51,600 nucleotides of DNA from Deltaproteobacteria bacterium (lineage in GTDB: Bacteria; Myxococcota; JACRCW01): assembly GCA_016218805.1 (NCBI GenBank), contig JACRCW010000033.1:1-51600 (forward strand). Reading direction: 5' to 3'. The number at the start of each line of letters is the position of its first letter. The first letter of the stretch is position 1. Shown here in pieces: positions 1-12,841 of this stretch. The notes under the pieces are model-generated. The model searched no databases, was not told where the DNA came from, and was given only the letters and a program-made list of their open reading frames with translations. Both the position numbers and the translations under genes were made by a program.

Positions 1-1
1 G

Positions 2-166
2 AGCTGCACGCTGCCCACGGGCACGGAGATGGTGATGCCGGGTGACAACGTGACCGTGACGGTTGAGTTGATCACGCCGGTGGCCATGGAGAAGGAGCTG
101 CGGTTTGCCATCCGTGAGGGTGGCCGGACCGTGGGCGCCGGAGTCGTGGCGGAAGTGTTGGAGTGA
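2..166 (+). CDS. tuf: Elongation factor Tu, C-terminal fragment (gene starts upstream of window)
   Basis: Frame 2 reads ...[11 protein letters not shown]...[32 protein letters not shown], the EF-Tu C-terminus; it lies directly before rpsJ. Confidence 0.97.
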   Translation, partial: SCTLPTGTEMVMPGDNVTVTVELITPVAMEKELRFAIREGGRTVGAGVVAEVLE

Positions 167-220
167 TCAGGGCGCGGTTGCCTTTGGTTTCAGCAAGAAC
201 CGTTTGAGGAGGGCGTTTCA

Positions 221-529
<309 letters not shown>

Positions 530-542
530 GGCGGAGACGGCC

Positions 543-1175
543 ATGGCCAAGATCGACGTCGTTGATTTGGGGAACAAGAAGGTCGGGGACATGGAAGTGT
601 CCGACGACATTGTGGGCGCGCCCCTGAATTCTGCGCTCCTGTGGGAAGTGGTGCGCTGGCAGCAGGCCAAGAAGCGCCAGGGCACGCACAACACCAAGAC
701 GCGCTCTGAGGTGCACGGCACCAACAAGAAGCCGTACGCCCAGAAGCACACGGGCCGCGCGCGCATGGGTGACATCAAGACGCCGCTCAAGCCGGGTGGT
801 GCCATTGTGCTGGGCCCGCGCCCGCGCGACTACAGCTATCACCTGAACAAAAAGGTGAAGGCCGGCGCGCTGAAGGTGGCGCTTTCCCAGCTGGCGCGCG
901 AGAAGCGCCTCACCGTGATCAAGGCGTGGGACGTCACGGCGCCCCGCACCAAGGACGCGGAGACGGTGCTGGGCGCCCTGGGTGCCAAGCGCGCGCTGCT
1001 GGTGGACGTGAGCAACCAGAACCTCAAGAAGTCCGTCACCAACCTGCACGCGTACAAGTACGTCTCGCAGGGCGGCATCAACGTGTATGACCTGCTGAAG
1101 TTTGGGCACCTGGTCATCACGGAGACGGCGCTGAAGAACGTGGCCGCACGCCTGGCCGGAGGAACCCATGGCTGA
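543..1175 (+). CDS. rplD: 50S ribosomal protein L4
   Basis: [28 protein letters not shown]...GPRPRDY; ATG 543 preceded by GGAG. Confidence 0.97.
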   Translation: MAKIDVVDLGNKKVGDMEVSDDIVGAPLNSALLWEVVRWQQAKKRQGTHNTKTRSEVHGTNKKPYAQKHTGRARMGDIKTPLKPGGAIVLGPRPRDYSYHLNKKVKAGALKVALSQLAREKRLTVIKAWDVTAPRTKDAETVLGALGAKRALLVDVSNQNLKKSVTNLHAYKYVSQGGINVYDLLKFGHLVITETALKNVAARLAGGTHG

Positions 1176-1467
1176 CCTCAAAGGCATCATCCGCCGCCCG
1201 CTCATCACGGAAAAGGCGCAGGCCATGAAGGCTGAAGCCAACAAGGTGGCCTTTGAGGTGCACCCTGACGCGACCAAGATCGACATCAAGTCGGCCATTG
1301 AGTCCGCGTTCAACGTGACCGTCCTCAGCGTCCGCACCATGGGCTTCCGCGGCAAGATCAAGCGCGTGGGCCGGAACATTGGCCAGCAGTCCAACTGGAA
1401 GAAGGCAGTCATCACCCTCAAGGAGGGTGATGAGATTGACGTGCTCGGGCAGGGCGCACAGGCCTGA
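1168..1467 (+). CDS. rplW: 50S ribosomal protein L23
   Basis: PLITEKA...ATKIDIK...WKKAVITL; overlaps rplD stop. Confidence 0.98.
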   Translation: MADLKGIIRRPLITEKAQAMKAEANKVAFEVHPDATKIDIKSAIESAFNVTVLSVRTMGFRGKIKRVGRNIGQQSNWKKAVITLKEGDEIDVLGQGAQA

Positions 1468-1545
1468 GCGGTAACCACGGGTTGAATCAACCTGCCGATA
1501 TCCGGCGCACACCGCACCGGGGCCATGGCAGGAGGTGAGTGGAAC

Positions 1546-2367
1546 ATGGGAATCAAGCGCTACAAACCAACCAGTGCCGCACGCCGGCTGACCACCGTGG
1601 CGGATTTCACTGAAATCACCGCGGACCGGCCGCACAAGAGCCTGTTGCAGACGCGCAAGCGCACGCACGGCCGCAACAACCAGGGCCGCATCACCGTGCG
1701 GTTCCGCGGCGGCGCGCACAAGAAGCGCTACCGCATGATTGACTTCCGCCGCGAGAAGCTGGGCATCCCGGCCAAGGTGGCGACGATTGAGTACGATCCC
1801 AACCGTTCCGCGCGCATTGCGCTGCTCTCCTACAAGGACGGCGAGAAGCGCTACATCCTGGCGCCGCTGGGCATGAACGTGGGTGACACCGTGATGAGCG
1901 GTGACACCGCGGACATCAAACCCGGCAACGCGCTGCCGCTCAAGGCCATCCCCATTGGCACCATCATCCACAACATTGAGATGAACCCGGGCGCCGGCGG
2001 CCAGATGTGCCGCGCCGCCGGTACGGGTGCGCAGCTGATGGCCAAGGAGGAAGGCGAGGCCCAGGTCCGCCTCCCGTCCGGTGAAGTCCGCAAGGTCCAC
2101 ATCAACTGCATGGCCACCATTGGCCAGGTGGGCAACCTGGACCATGAGAACATCCGCTGGGGCAAGGCGGGCGCCACGCGCTGGCGCGGCCGCATGCCGC
2201 ACAACCGCGGCGTGACCATGAACCCGGTGGACCACCCCATGGGCGGCGGCGAAGGCCGTTCCTCCGGTGGCCGGCACCCGTGCAGCCCCTGGGGCATGCT
2301 CACCAAGGGCCACAAGACCCGCAACAACAAGCGCACGGACGGCCGCATCATCAAGCGGCGCAAGTGA
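1546..2367 (+). CDS. rplB: 50S ribosomal protein L2
   Basis: [42 protein letters not shown] before ATG 1546. Confidence 0.99.
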   Translation: MGIKRYKPTSAARRLTTVADFTEITADRPHKSLLQTRKRTHGRNNQGRITVRFRGGAHKKRYRMIDFRREKLGIPAKVATIEYDPNRSARIALLSYKDGEKRYILAPLGMNVGDTVMSGDTADIKPGNALPLKAIPIGTIIHNIEMNPGAGGQMCRAAGTGAQLMAKEEGEAQVRLPSGEVRKVHINCMATIGQVGNLDHENIRWGKAGATRWRGRMPHNRGVTMNPVDHPMGGGEGRSSGGRHPCSPWGMLTKGHKTRNNKRTDGRIIKRRK

Positions 2368-2382
2368 GATTGGGAGTCACCA

Positions 2383-2676
2383 ATGCCTCGTTCAGTCAAG
2401 AAGGGCCCGTTCGTTGACACGCACCTCCAGAAGAAGGTGGAGGAGCTCAACCGCACCGGCCAGCGCAAGGTGATCAAGACCTGGTCGCGGCGCAGCACCA
2501 TCCTGCCGGAATTCGTGGGACACACCTTCGCGGTGCACAACGGGCGCAAGTTCATGCCCGTGTTTGTCAGCGAGAACATGGTGGGCCACAAGCTGGGGGA
2601 GTTTGCGGCAACCCGCACGTTCCACGGCCACACGGGCGACAAGAAGGTTGCTGCGCCGGCCGCCGGAAAGAAGTGA
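2383..2676 (+). CDS. rpsS: 30S ribosomal protein S19
   Basis: [12 protein letters not shown]...TWSRRSTI...[10 protein letters not shown]. Confidence 0.99.
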   Translation: MPRSVKKGPFVDTHLQKKVEELNRTGQRKVIKTWSRRSTILPEFVGHTFAVHNGRKFMPVFVSENMVGHKLGEFAATRTFHGHTGDKKVAAPAAGKK

Positions 2677-2686
2677 GGAGCGGAAC

Positions 2687-3070
2687 ATGAGCAAGCGTGA
2701 AAGGGAGAAGTCAGCCCGGCGCCGCGAGGCGCACAAGGGGGAGCCCGCGCAGGCGTCCCTGAACAACTTCAAGATGAGCGCCCGGAAGATCCGCCAGGTG
2801 GCGGACAACCTCACGGGGTTGAGCGTGGCGGAAGCCATGAGCGCCCTGGCGTTTTCGCTCAAGGGCCCGGCCCGGCCGCTGCGCAAGCTCATTGCCTCCG
2901 CGGTGGCCAATGCGGAGCGCAAGGGCGGGGCGGACCTGGACGCGCTGAAGGTGCTGCGCGTGGAGGTCAACATGGGCACCCCCATGCGCCGGTTCATGCC
3001 GCGCGCGCAGGGGCGCGCCACGCGCATCAAGAAGCCCACGTCCCACGTCACCGTGTGGCTGGGCGAGTGA
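2687..3070 (+). CDS. rplV: 50S ribosomal protein L22 (basic N-terminal extension)
   Basis: SARKIRQVAD...SAVANAE...PRAQGRATRIKKPTSHVTV; GAGGAG RBS. Confidence 0.97.
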   Translation: MSKREREKSARRREAHKGEPAQASLNNFKMSARKIRQVADNLTGLSVAEAMSALAFSLKGPARPLRKLIASAVANAERKGGADLDALKVLRVEVNMGTPMRRFMPRAQGRATRIKKPTSHVTVWLGE

Positions 3071-3118
3071 AGCAGGCGTAAACGTTTCTCAAGGATTTCT
3101 CTCCGTCCGGAGGATGCT

Positions 3119-3769
3119 GTGGGTCAGAAAGTCAATCCAAATGGGTTCCGGTTGGGCGTCATCCGCACCTGGGATTCCAAGTGGTTCCGCCAGCGGGGCT
3201 ACTCCAAGTGGCTCCATGAGGACATCAAGCTGCGTGAGTACATCCACGAAAAGCTGAAGTCCTCCGGCATCTCCCGCGTGGACATTGAGCGCGCCGCCAA
3301 CAAGTGCAAGATCAACGTGCACACCGCGCGGCCGGGCATTGTCATTGGCAAGAAGGGCGCCGGGATTGAGGGCCTGAAGAAGGACATCCAGAAGTTCACG
3401 GAGAACGAGGTTTTCCTGAACATCCACGAGGTCCGCAAGGCCGAGACGGATGCGCAGCTGGTGGCCGAGAACGTGGCCCAGCAGCTGGAGCGCCGCGTGG
3501 CGTTCCGCCGCGCCATGAAGAAGAGCATCCAGACGGCCATGAAGTTTGGTGCCAAGGGCATCCGCGTGGCGTGCTCCGGCCGCCTGGGCGGCGCGGAATT
3601 GGCGCGCTACGAGTGGTACCGCGAGGGGCGGGTGCCGTTGCACACGCTGCGCGCGGACATTGATTTCGGGTTCTCCGAGGCGAAGACCACCTACGGCGTC
3701 ATTGGCGTCAAGGTGTGGATCTTCAAGGGCGAAGTGCTGCCGCGCGGCGCCGCCCCGGCCCACAAGTGA
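3119..3769 (+). CDS. rpsC: 30S ribosomal protein S3
   Basis: [13 protein letters not shown]...[11 protein letters not shown]...[16 protein letters not shown] start. Confidence 0.99.
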   Translation: MGQKVNPNGFRLGVIRTWDSKWFRQRGYSKWLHEDIKLREYIHEKLKSSGISRVDIERAANKCKINVHTARPGIVIGKKGAGIEGLKKDIQKFTENEVFLNIHEVRKAETDAQLVAENVAQQLERRVAFRRAMKKSIQTAMKFGAKGIRVACSGRLGGAELARYEWYREGRVPLHTLRADIDFGFSEAKTTYGVIGVKVWIFKGEVLPRGAAPAHK

Positions 3770-3792
3770 ATCAGCAGTAGAGGAGCAGAACC

Positions 3793-4209
3793 ATGTTGCA
3801 GCCATCCAGGAGCAAGTGGCGCAAGCAGAGCAAGGGACGCGCACGCGGGGTTGCCACCCGTGGCAACTCGCTGGCGTTTGGTGACTTTGGGATGCAGGCC
3901 GTTGAAGGCGGCCGCGTCACGCAGCGCCAGATTGAGGCGGCCCGTATTGCCATGTCCCGCCACGTCAAGCGCGGCGGCAAGATCTGGATCCGGATTTTCC
4001 CGGACAAGCCCATTGTGAAGAAGCCCGCGGAGACCCGCATGGGTCACGGCAAGGGGCCGGTGGAGTACTACGTGGCCGTCGTGAAGCCCGGCCGCATCCT
4101 CTATGAGATGGAGGGCGTGGCGGAGGACATTGCGAAGGAAGCGTTCCGCCTGGCGGGGCACAAGCTGAATGTCAAGACGCGCCTGGTCTCGCGTCACACG
4201 GACGAGTGA
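3793..4209 (+). CDS. rplP: 50S ribosomal protein L16
   Basis: MLQP...RQIEAAR...WIRIFPDKP...RMGHGKG. Confidence 0.99.
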   Translation: MLQPSRSKWRKQSKGRARGVATRGNSLAFGDFGMQAVEGGRVTQRQIEAARIAMSRHVKRGGKIWIRIFPDKPIVKKPAETRMGHGKGPVEYYVAVVKPGRILYEMEGVAEDIAKEAFRLAGHKLNVKTRLVSRHTDE

Positions 4210-4223
4210 GAGGAGAGGCGGCC

Positions 4224-4448
4224 ATGGCGACGAAGAACGAGCTCAGGGAAAAGAGCGGCGAGGAGCTGGCGCAGCATGAGGCGGAGCTCCGCAAGGGCAT
4301 TGCCGACGCGCAGTACAAGCACGCCACCCGGCAGCTGGAGGACACCGCGTCCATCCGCCGCCAGAAGCGCGAGCTGGCCCAGCTGCTGACGGTGAAGACC
4401 GAGAAGGCCCGCGGGATCACGACGACGAAGAAGACGGAGAAGAAGTGA
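4224..4448 (+). CDS. rpmC: 50S ribosomal protein L29
   Basis: ELREKS.EEL...QLEDTASIRRQKRELAQLLT; position between rplP and rpsQ. Confidence 0.94.
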   Translation: MATKNELREKSGEELAQHEAELRKGIADAQYKHATRQLEDTASIRRQKRELAQLLTVKTEKARGITTTKKTEKK

Positions 4449-4741
4449 TGGTGGAAACCCCCAAGACCCCCGAGAGCTCCACCGCGCGCCGCAACAAGCG
4501 GACGCTCGTGGGCGTGGTCACCTCCGACAAGATGGCCAAGACCATCACCGTGGAAGTCACCCGGCTGGTCAAGCACGCCACGTACGGCAAGTACGTGCGG
4601 CGCCGTGCGCGCTTCAAGGCGCATGACGAGCGCAGCGAGGCCAAGATGGGCGACACCGTGATGGTGGTGGAATGCGCCCCCCTCAGCCGCACCAAGCGGT
4701 GGCGGCTGCAGAAGGTGCTGAGCAAGGCCGTGGAGCGCTGA
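4448..4741 (+). CDS. rpsQ: 30S ribosomal protein S17
   Basis: GVVTSDKMAKTITV...YGKYVRR...AHDE...PLSRTKRW. Confidence 0.98.
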   Translation: MVETPKTPESSTARRNKRTLVGVVTSDKMAKTITVEVTRLVKHATYGKYVRRRARFKAHDERSEAKMGDTVMVVECAPLSRTKRWRLQKVLSKAVER

Positions 4742-4844
4742 GGCGCACCAGGGCGGGGCTACGGCACGGATGCGGCCGCGCGCGGGATGCGGGCGGCACG
4801 GGATGACCCGTCAGGATGACGGAAGGCAGTGAAGGAGAAGTGTC

Positions 4845-5213
4845 ATGATCCAGACAAGCACGGTCCTTGATGTGGCCGACAACAGCGGTGCCAAGAGCGT
4901 CATGTGCATCAAGGTGCTGGGTGGCTCCAAGCGCAAGTACGCCGGCGTGGGAGACGTGATTGTGGTCTCCGTCAAGGAAGCCACCGCCACTGCCAAGGTG
5001 AAGAAGGGCGAGGTGATGAAGGCCGTGGTGGTGCGGACCCGCAAGGAGACCGCGCGCACCGACGGGACCTACATCCGGTTTGACGGCAACTCCGCCGTGC
5101 TGCTCAACGCGCAGCTGGAACCGGTGGGCACCCGCATCTTTGGGCCGGTGGCCCGTGAGCTGCGCGCCAAGAAGTTCATGAAGATCATCTCGCTGGCCCC
5201 TGAAGTCCTGTGA
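4845..5213 (+). CDS. rplN: 50S ribosomal protein L14
   Basis: VADNSGAK...[12 protein letters not shown]...[10 protein letters not shown]. Confidence 0.99.
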   Translation: MIQTSTVLDVADNSGAKSVMCIKVLGGSKRKYAGVGDVIVVSVKEATATAKVKKGEVMKAVVVRTRKETARTDGTYIRFDGNSAVLLNAQLEPVGTRIFGPVARELRAKKFMKIISLAPEVL

Positions 5214-5237
5214 CCGGCGAAGCCAAGGAATGACGCC

Positions 5238-5564
5238 ATGAAGATCCGCAAGAATGACACGGTGAAGGTCCTGTCCGGGCAGCACAAGGGCAAGACGGCC
5301 AAGGTGCTGGAGGTCCTCCCGGATGAAGGCTACGTCCGCCTGGAGGCGGTGGGGACGGTGAAGAAGCACCTCAAGCCCAACCGGTCCAACAAGAACCCGC
5401 AGGGCGGCATTGTGGAGATGCAGGCGCTCATCCACATCTCCAAGGTGGCGCTGGTGACCCCCAAGAGCGCCACGCCGGTGCGCGTGGGCTACCGCCTCAC
5501 GGATGACGGGAAGAAGCTCCGCGTCGCCCGCGGCAAGAAGACCAAGCTGGAAGCGATTGACTGA
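5238..5564 (+). CDS. rplX: 50S ribosomal protein L24
   Basis: KOW motif [18 protein letters not shown]...QGGIVE..IHISKV. Confidence 0.98.
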   Translation: MKIRKNDTVKVLSGQHKGKTAKVLEVLPDEGYVRLEAVGTVKKHLKPNRSNKNPQGGIVEMQALIHISKVALVTPKSATPVRVGYRLTDDGKKLRVARGKKTKLEAID

Positions 5565-5630
5565 TCGACGCGTTTTGTGCAAGGTGCCGCCCCCCCGGAA
5601 TCCGGGCGCGGTGACGGTGAGAGGTTGACC

Positions 5631-6401
5631 ATGTCGGAAGAGAAGAAGGGCCACGAGAAAGCAGCCAAGCCCGCCGCGGCCGACAAGCCCGCGGCCGAGA
5701 AGGCCGCCAAGGCGGACAAGCCCGCCGGCGGCGGTGAGAAGGCCGCCAAGGCCCAGGCGCCCGAGAAGGCCGCCAAGGCCAAGAAGGGCAAGGGCGGCGG
5801 CAAGGATGACGGCACCGCGCAGGTGCAGCGCCAGGCCGGCCTGCAGGCCAAGCCCCCCAAGCCCCCGCGCCTCAAGGGCTTCTTTGAGAAGGAAGTGGTG
5901 AAGCTCCTGCAGAAGGAGTTCAACTACAAGAACCCCATGCAGGTGCCCCGCGTCACCAAGGTGGTGGTGAACATGGGCCTGGGTGAGGCGGTGGCCAATC
6001 CCAAGATCATTGAGTTTGGTGAGCAGGAAATGATGGCGCTCACCGGCCAGAAGGCCATTGTCACCCGCTCCAAGAAGTCCATTGCCAACTTCAAGCTGCG
6101 CGAGAACCTGCCCATTGGCGTGATGGTGACGCTGCGGCGCGCGCATATGTGGGAGTTCCTGGACCGCCTGATGAACATTGCGCTGCCCCGCGTGCGTGAC
6201 TTCCGCGGCGTCTCCGCCAAGGGTTTTGACGGCCAGGGCAACTACACGCTCGGCATCCGCGAGCACATCATCTTCCCCGAGGTCAACGTCGACAAGATGG
6301 ACAAGATCAAGGGCATGAACATTTCCATTGTCACCACGGCCAGGACGGACGCGGAAGCGCGGGCGCTGCTCGCACACCTCGGCATGCCGTTCCGCAAGTG
6401 A
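5631..6401 (+). CDS. rplE: 50S ribosomal protein L5 with long Ala/Lys-rich N-terminal extension
   Basis: [16 protein letters not shown]...FKLRE...[10 protein letters not shown]; about 75 extra N-terminal residues from ATG 5631 (GAGAGG RBS). Confidence 0.97.
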   Translation: MSEEKKGHEKAAKPAAADKPAAEKAAKADKPAGGGEKAAKAQAPEKAAKAKKGKGGGKDDGTAQVQRQAGLQAKPPKPPRLKGFFEKEVVKLLQKEFNYKNPMQVPRVTKVVVNMGLGEAVANPKIIEFGEQEMMALTGQKAIVTRSKKSIANFKLRENLPIGVMVTLRRAHMWEFLDRLMNIALPRVRDFRGVSAKGFDGQGNYTLGIREHIIFPEVNVDKMDKIKGMNISIVTTARTDAEARALLAHLGMPFRK

Positions 6402-6412
6402 GAGAGTGCTGA

Positions 6413-6598
6413 ATGTCCACCACCGCTGATTTCGCTGCCATCGGCAAGAAGAAGAAGTTCAAGGTGCGGGAATACAACCGCTGCCTCGTGTGTGGCCGGT
6501 CGCGCGCGTACCTGCGTACGTTCGCCATGTGCCGCATGTGCTTCCGCAAGCGCTCCCTGGCGGGTGAAGTTCCCGGCGTGGTCAAGGCGTCCTGGTGA
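6413..6598 (+). CDS. rpsZ: 30S ribosomal protein S14, type Z (zinc-binding)
   Basis: 61 aa, RCLVCGR...MCRMCFR...GVVKASW. Confidence 0.97.
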   Translation: MSTTADFAAIGKKKKFKVREYNRCLVCGRSRAYLRTFAMCRMCFRKRSLAGEVPGVVKASW

Positions 6599-6624
6599 AC
6601 GGCAAGGATTGAGAGGATATCAAG

Positions 6625-7023
6625 ATGACGAGCACCGACCCCATCGCCGATTTCACCACCCGCATCCGCAACGCGCAGAAGGCGGGTCACGCCTCCTTCA
6701 AGGTTCCCGCGTCCCGCATCAAGCTCAAGATCGCCGAGATTCTGCGCGACGAGGGCTACCTGGGCGACGTGGCGCAGGAAGGCACCGGCCCCACCCGCAA
6801 GCTGGTGGTGCACCTCAAGTATGACAAGGAGCGCGTGGGCGTCATTGACGGCATCCAGCGCGTGTCCACGCCGGGCATGCGGGTGTACCGCGGCCATGAT
6901 GACCTGGCCGAGGTCCGCGGCGGCATGGGCATGGCCATCCTGTCCACCAACAAGGGCCTGATGACGGACAAGCAGGCGCGCGCTGAGAAGGTTGGCGGCG
7001 AGCTGCTGCTCCGGGTCTGGTGA
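6625..7023 (+). CDS. rpsH: 30S ribosomal protein S8
   Basis: DPIADFTTRIRNA...RVSTPGMRVY...STNKGLMTD...GGE. Confidence 0.99.
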   Translation: MTSTDPIADFTTRIRNAQKAGHASFKVPASRIKLKIAEILRDEGYLGDVAQEGTGPTRKLVVHLKYDKERVGVIDGIQRVSTPGMRVYRGHDDLAEVRGGMGMAILSTNKGLMTDKQARAEKVGGELLLRVW

Positions 7024-7078
7024 GCGGTTTTACCTGGTCTTTTCCCGGCGCGTGCCGGGCGGTTTCACGGAGACGGTC

Positions 7079-7618
7079 ATGTCCCGCATTGGAAAGCAGC
7101 CGGTGGCCATTCCTGACAAGGTCAAGGTGACCATCAGCGGCCAGAACGTGAAGGTGGAAGGTCCCAAGGGGAAGCTGGACTTCTCCGTGAATCCCCGCGC
7201 CAAGGTGGCCGTGAGCGGCAAGGAGATCATCATCTCCCGCGTGAATGAAGAGCGCGAAACCCGCGCGGTGCACGGGCTGACGCGCGCCATTGTGGCCAAC
7301 ATGGTCAAGGGCGTGTCCACCGGGTTCCACCGCGGCATGGAGATCAACGGCGTGGGGTTCCGCGCTGAGGTCAAGGGCCAGAGCATCACGCTGACGGTGG
7401 GCTACAGCCACCCGGTGGAGTTCCCGCTGCCCCCCGGCATCACCGCTGAGGTGGAAAAGCAGACCAAGCTGACCCTGCACGGCGCGGACAAGCAGTTGCT
7501 GGGCGCCACGGTGGCCAAGCTGCGCGCGGTCCGTCCGCCGGAGCCCTACAAGGGCAAGGGCATCAAGTACACGGAAGAACACATCATCCGGAAGGAAGGC
7601 AAGACGGGCGCAGGTTGA
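7079..7618 (+). CDS. rplF: 50S ribosomal protein L6
   Basis: MSRIGKQP...GPKGKL...RPPEPYKGKGIKY. Confidence 0.99.
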   Translation: MSRIGKQPVAIPDKVKVTISGQNVKVEGPKGKLDFSVNPRAKVAVSGKEIIISRVNEERETRAVHGLTRAIVANMVKGVSTGFHRGMEINGVGFRAEVKGQSITLTVGYSHPVEFPLPPGITAEVEKQTKLTLHGADKQLLGATVAKLRAVRPPEPYKGKGIKYTEEHIIRKEGKTGAG

Positions 7619-7648
7619 TGCGAAAACCGTTGCTTTCCAGGAGCTCCC

Positions 7649-8029
7649 ATGTTGTCCATCAAGAATCTCCGCAAGCGTAATCCCAAGGTGGCCGCCCGGA
7701 TGCGGCGCAAGGTCACCATCCGCAAGCGCGTGCGCGGCACCACTGAGCGCCCCCGCCTGGCGGTGTTCAAGAGCGCGCGCCACATCTACGCCCAGGTCAT
7801 TGACGACACGTCAGGCCGGACGCTGGTGGCCGCCTCCACGCTGGACAAGGAGCTGCGCGGCAAGAAGATGAAGAAGATGGAAGCGGCCAAGGCGGTGGGT
7901 GCGCTGGTGGCGGAACGCTCCAAGGCGAAGAACCTGGGCGCGGTGGTGTTTGACCGCAACGGGTTCCTCTACCACGGCCGCGTGAAGTCACTGGCGGATG
8001 GCGCACGTGAAAAGGGCTTGAGCTTCTGA
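7649..8029 (+). CDS. rplR: 50S ribosomal protein L18
   Basis: [16 protein letters not shown]...[12 protein letters not shown]. Confidence 0.99.
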   Translation: MLSIKNLRKRNPKVAARMRRKVTIRKRVRGTTERPRLAVFKSARHIYAQVIDDTSGRTLVAASTLDKELRGKKMKKMEAAKAVGALVAERSKAKNLGAVVFDRNGFLYHGRVKSLADGAREKGLSF

Positions 8030-8088
8030 GCGGAGCGGGCCGGTAACGAACGGATTTGTTCGCCCGCACAGGGCGCTTTGGGTGGAAC

Positions 8089-8655
8089 GTGGCTGAGACA
8101 GAGCAGGGCAAGAAGAATCGCGGTGGCACGGCGGCCCTGGTGGCCGCGGCGAGCATTGACCGCGGTGGCGACGACGGCGGCGACGAGCTCATTGACCGCG
8201 TGGTGCACATCAACCGCGTGGCCAAGGTGGTCAAGGGCGGCCGGCGGTTCAGCTTCAGCGCGCTGGTCGTGGTGGGTGATGGCGCCGGCCGGGTGGGCGT
8301 GGGTCTGGGCAAGGCCAATGAGGTCCCGGAAGCCATCCGCAAGGGGACCGAGCAGGCCCGCAAGAGCATGTTCACCGTGGCGCTCAAGGGCTCCAGCATC
8401 CCGCACGCCGTCAAGGGTCACTTTGGCGCGGGCCTGGTGGTGCTCCGCCCGGCGGCAGACGGCACCGGCGTGATTGCCGGTGGCGCGGTCCGCGCGGTGG
8501 TGGAGAGCGCGGGCGTGTCCAACATCCTGACCAAGAGCCTGGGGTCAGACAACCCGTACAACGTGGTCAACGCCACCATTGAAGCGCTCAAGAGCCTGCG
8601 CTCAGCGGAAGCGCACGCGGCGCGCCGCGGGCGCACCGTGGAAGCCAAGGCCTGA
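8089..8655 (+). CDS. rpsE: 30S ribosomal protein S5 (start uncertain)
   Basis: [16 protein letters not shown]...GTGVIAGG...KSLGSDN. Confidence 0.98.
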   Translation: MAETEQGKKNRGGTAALVAAASIDRGGDDGGDELIDRVVHINRVAKVVKGGRRFSFSALVVVGDGAGRVGVGLGKANEVPEAIRKGTEQARKSMFTVALKGSSIPHAVKGHFGAGLVVLRPAADGTGVIAGGAVRAVVESAGVSNILTKSLGSDNPYNVVNATIEALKSLRSAEAHAARRGRTVEAKA

Positions 8656-8669
8656 GGGAGTAGCCCGTC

Positions 8670-8906
8670 ATGACCACGTCTACCAAGATTGTTGTGAAGC
8701 AGGTCCGCAGCATCATCTGCTGCTCGGAACGCCAGCGGCTGACGCTCAAGGGGCTGGGCCTCAAGCGCATTGGCCACACGGTGGAACTGCCGGACACGCC
8801 GGCCATCCGCGGAATGATCATCAAGGTGCAGCACCTGCTGGACGTGGCCGTCAAGGACGGCGCGCCCAAGCTGACTGGTGCGCGCCACCGCAACAAGAAG
8901 TCCTGA
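8670..8906 (+). CDS. rpmD: 50S ribosomal protein L30
   Basis: QVRSII...[10 protein letters not shown]...AIRGMI.KVQHL. Confidence 0.97.
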   Translation: MTTSTKIVVKQVRSIICCSERQRLTLKGLGLKRIGHTVELPDTPAIRGMIIKVQHLLDVAVKDGAPKLTGARHRNKKS

Positions 8907-8942
8907 CGGTCCCTTCAGGGAACGGTTGAGAGGCCAGACGCC

Positions 8943-9401
8943 ATGGTGTTCATTGGATTGCACAACCTGAAGGCGCCCAAGGGCGCGCACAAGAAGGTCA
9001 CCCGCCTGGGCCGCGGCGAAAGCAGCGGCCACGGCAAGACCTCCGGCCGCGGCAATAAGGGCCAGAAGGCGCGCAAGAGCGGCCAGGTCCGCATTGGTTT
9101 TGAGGGCGGGCAGATGCCCATCCAGCGCCGGACTCCCAAGCGCGGGTTCAAGAACCCGTTCCGCAAGGAGTACGCGGTGGTGAACGTGGGCGCCCTGGCC
9201 GAGCACTTCAAGGCGGACGCGGTGGTGGACCTGGCGGCCCTCAAGCAGAGCGGGCTGGTGAAGGCGGCGCTGGACGGCATCAAGGTGCTGGGCCACGGCG
9301 ACATCAAGCACGCGCTGACTGTGAAAGCGCACCGGTTCTCCACCAGTGCCCGCGAGAAGATCGAGAAGGCCGGCGGCAAGATCGAGATCATCGCGGGTTG
9401 A
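8943..9401 (+). CDS. rplO: 50S ribosomal protein L15
   Basis: [21 protein letters not shown]...FEGGQMP. Confidence 0.99.
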   Translation: MVFIGLHNLKAPKGAHKKVTRLGRGESSGHGKTSGRGNKGQKARKSGQVRIGFEGGQMPIQRRTPKRGFKNPFRKEYAVVNVGALAEHFKADAVVDLAALKQSGLVKAALDGIKVLGHGDIKHALTVKAHRFSTSAREKIEKAGGKIEIIAG

Positions 9402-9450
9402 GCGTTCCCGGGTGGCCGCTGAGCAGGCGGCCGGAACAGGGAGTCTGTCG

Positions 9451-11453
<2,003 letters not shown>

Positions 11454-11513
11454 CGCAGGTGGACCGCGCAGGCCGGCAGAGAAGCAGCCGGGATCCGTTC
11501 AGCGAGATACCGC

Positions 11514-11542
11514 TTGAACCCGCGCACCAGTTTTGATAGCTT
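11514..11542 (+). promoter_or_regulatory. Putative sigma70 promoter for the rpmJ-alpha operon
   Basis: TTGAAC (11514-19), 17 nt spacer, TAGCTT (11537-42), with extended -10 TGn; AT-richer spacer region before rpmJ. Confidence 0.55.
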
Positions 11543-11612
11543 CCGCGCCCCATTTGGGGTGGTGTGTCTTCAAGTCCCCGGAATCCAAGGGGAATACGGT
11601 TGGGAGCGGGCC

Positions 11613-11726
11613 ATGAAGGTGAGAGCGTCGGTGAAGAAGATCTGTGACAAGTGCAAGGTGATCAAGCGCGGCGGCGTCGTGCGCGTCATCTGCAAAGAAG
11701 TCCGGCACAAGCAGCGCCAGGGCTGA
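11613..11726 (+). CDS. rpmJ: 50S ribosomal protein L36 (zinc-binding form)
   Basis: [19 protein letters not shown]...VIC...HKQRQG. Confidence 0.99.
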   Translation: MKVRASVKKICDKCKVIKRGGVVRVICKEVRHKQRQG

Positions 11727-11763
11727 ACCAACCGTATTCGATTTCTGAATCCAGGAGGCCCCC

Positions 11764-12147
11764 GTGGCTCGCATTGCTGGTGTTGACCTTCCCCGGAACA
11801 AGCGCATGGATGTCGCGCTTTCGTACATCTACGGCATTGGCCGCTCCAACGCGAAGGACATCCTCGCCAAGGCGCACGTGGAGCTGGCCAAGCGCTCAGA
11901 CGAGCTGACGGACGAGGAAGTGGTCCGCATCCGCGACGTGCTGGACGCCGGCTACAAGGTGGAAGGTGACCTGCGCCGGGACGTGTCCATGAACATCAAG
12001 CGCCTGATGGACCTGGGCTGCTACCGCGGCCTGCGCCACCGCAAGGGCCTGCCGGTCCGCGGCCAGCGCAGCCACACCAACGCGCGCACGCGCAAGGGTC
12101 CCAAGCGCACCGTGGGCCGCAAGGCGCCCGCCGCGCCGTCCAAGTGA
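11764..12147 (+). CDS. rpsM: 30S ribosomal protein S13
   Basis: [10 protein letters not shown]...[22 protein letters not shown]. Confidence 0.99.
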   Translation: MARIAGVDLPRNKRMDVALSYIYGIGRSNAKDILAKAHVELAKRSDELTDEEVVRIRDVLDAGYKVEGDLRRDVSMNIKRLMDLGCYRGLRHRKGLPVRGQRSHTNARTRKGPKRTVGRKAPAAPSK

Positions 12148-12204
12148 TTTCACTGAATTTCAACGGGTGCCACGCAGAGCGCGTGAGTTGCCCCGGGATG
12201 GACC

Positions 12205-12660
12205 ATGTCTGAAGAGAAGAAGGAAGAAGGGGCCGCCCCCGCCGCTGCTGCTCCCGCCGGCGCGCCCGCTGAGGGCGCCGAGGCCAAGGGCCGCGCCAAG
12301 AAGGTCCGCAAGAACGTGCAGTCCGGCATTGCGCACATCAGCGCCACGTTCAACAACACGCACATCACCATGACGGACGTGTCCGGCAACGTGGTGAGCT
12401 GGTCCTCCGCCGGCGCGCGCGGGTTCCGCGGCAGCCGCAAGTCCACGCCGTTTGCGGCCCAGGTGGCCGCGGAAGATGCGGCGCGCAAGGCCATGGACCA
12501 CGGCATGCGCACGGTCATTGTCAACGTGACGGGCCCCGGCGCCGGCCGCGAAAGCGCGCTGCGTGCGCTGGCCAACAGCGGGATGAAGATCTCGCTCATT
12601 CGCGACGTGACGCCCATCCCGCACAACGGGTGCCGTCCCGCCAAGCGGCGCCGCGTCTGA
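12205..12660 (+). CDS. rpsK: 30S ribosomal protein S11 with Ala-rich N-terminal extension
   Basis: ATFNNT...RKSTPFAAQ...GPGAGRE...[12 protein letters not shown]. Confidence 0.99.
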   Translation: MSEEKKEEGAAPAAAAPAGAPAEGAEAKGRAKKVRKNVQSGIAHISATFNNTHITMTDVSGNVVSWSSAGARGFRGSRKSTPFAAQVAAEDAARKAMDHGMRTVIVNVTGPGAGRESALRALANSGMKISLIRDVTPIPHNGCRPAKRRRV

Positions 12661-12841
12661 TCGTCTTACCGCCCCGGCGCATGCCGGGGCCGGGTCCCGT
12701 GCAGAGCTCGACCTGCCGGGGCACGAAGCGCGTCACACCGTCCGCGGGACGGGGGTGACCACGGGGTCGAGCCGGTCGGGGCCATGGTGGCCTGCGACGG
12801 TCGCGCCCGGGATGCCTGGCATCACCGGGTAGGAGTGGAGA

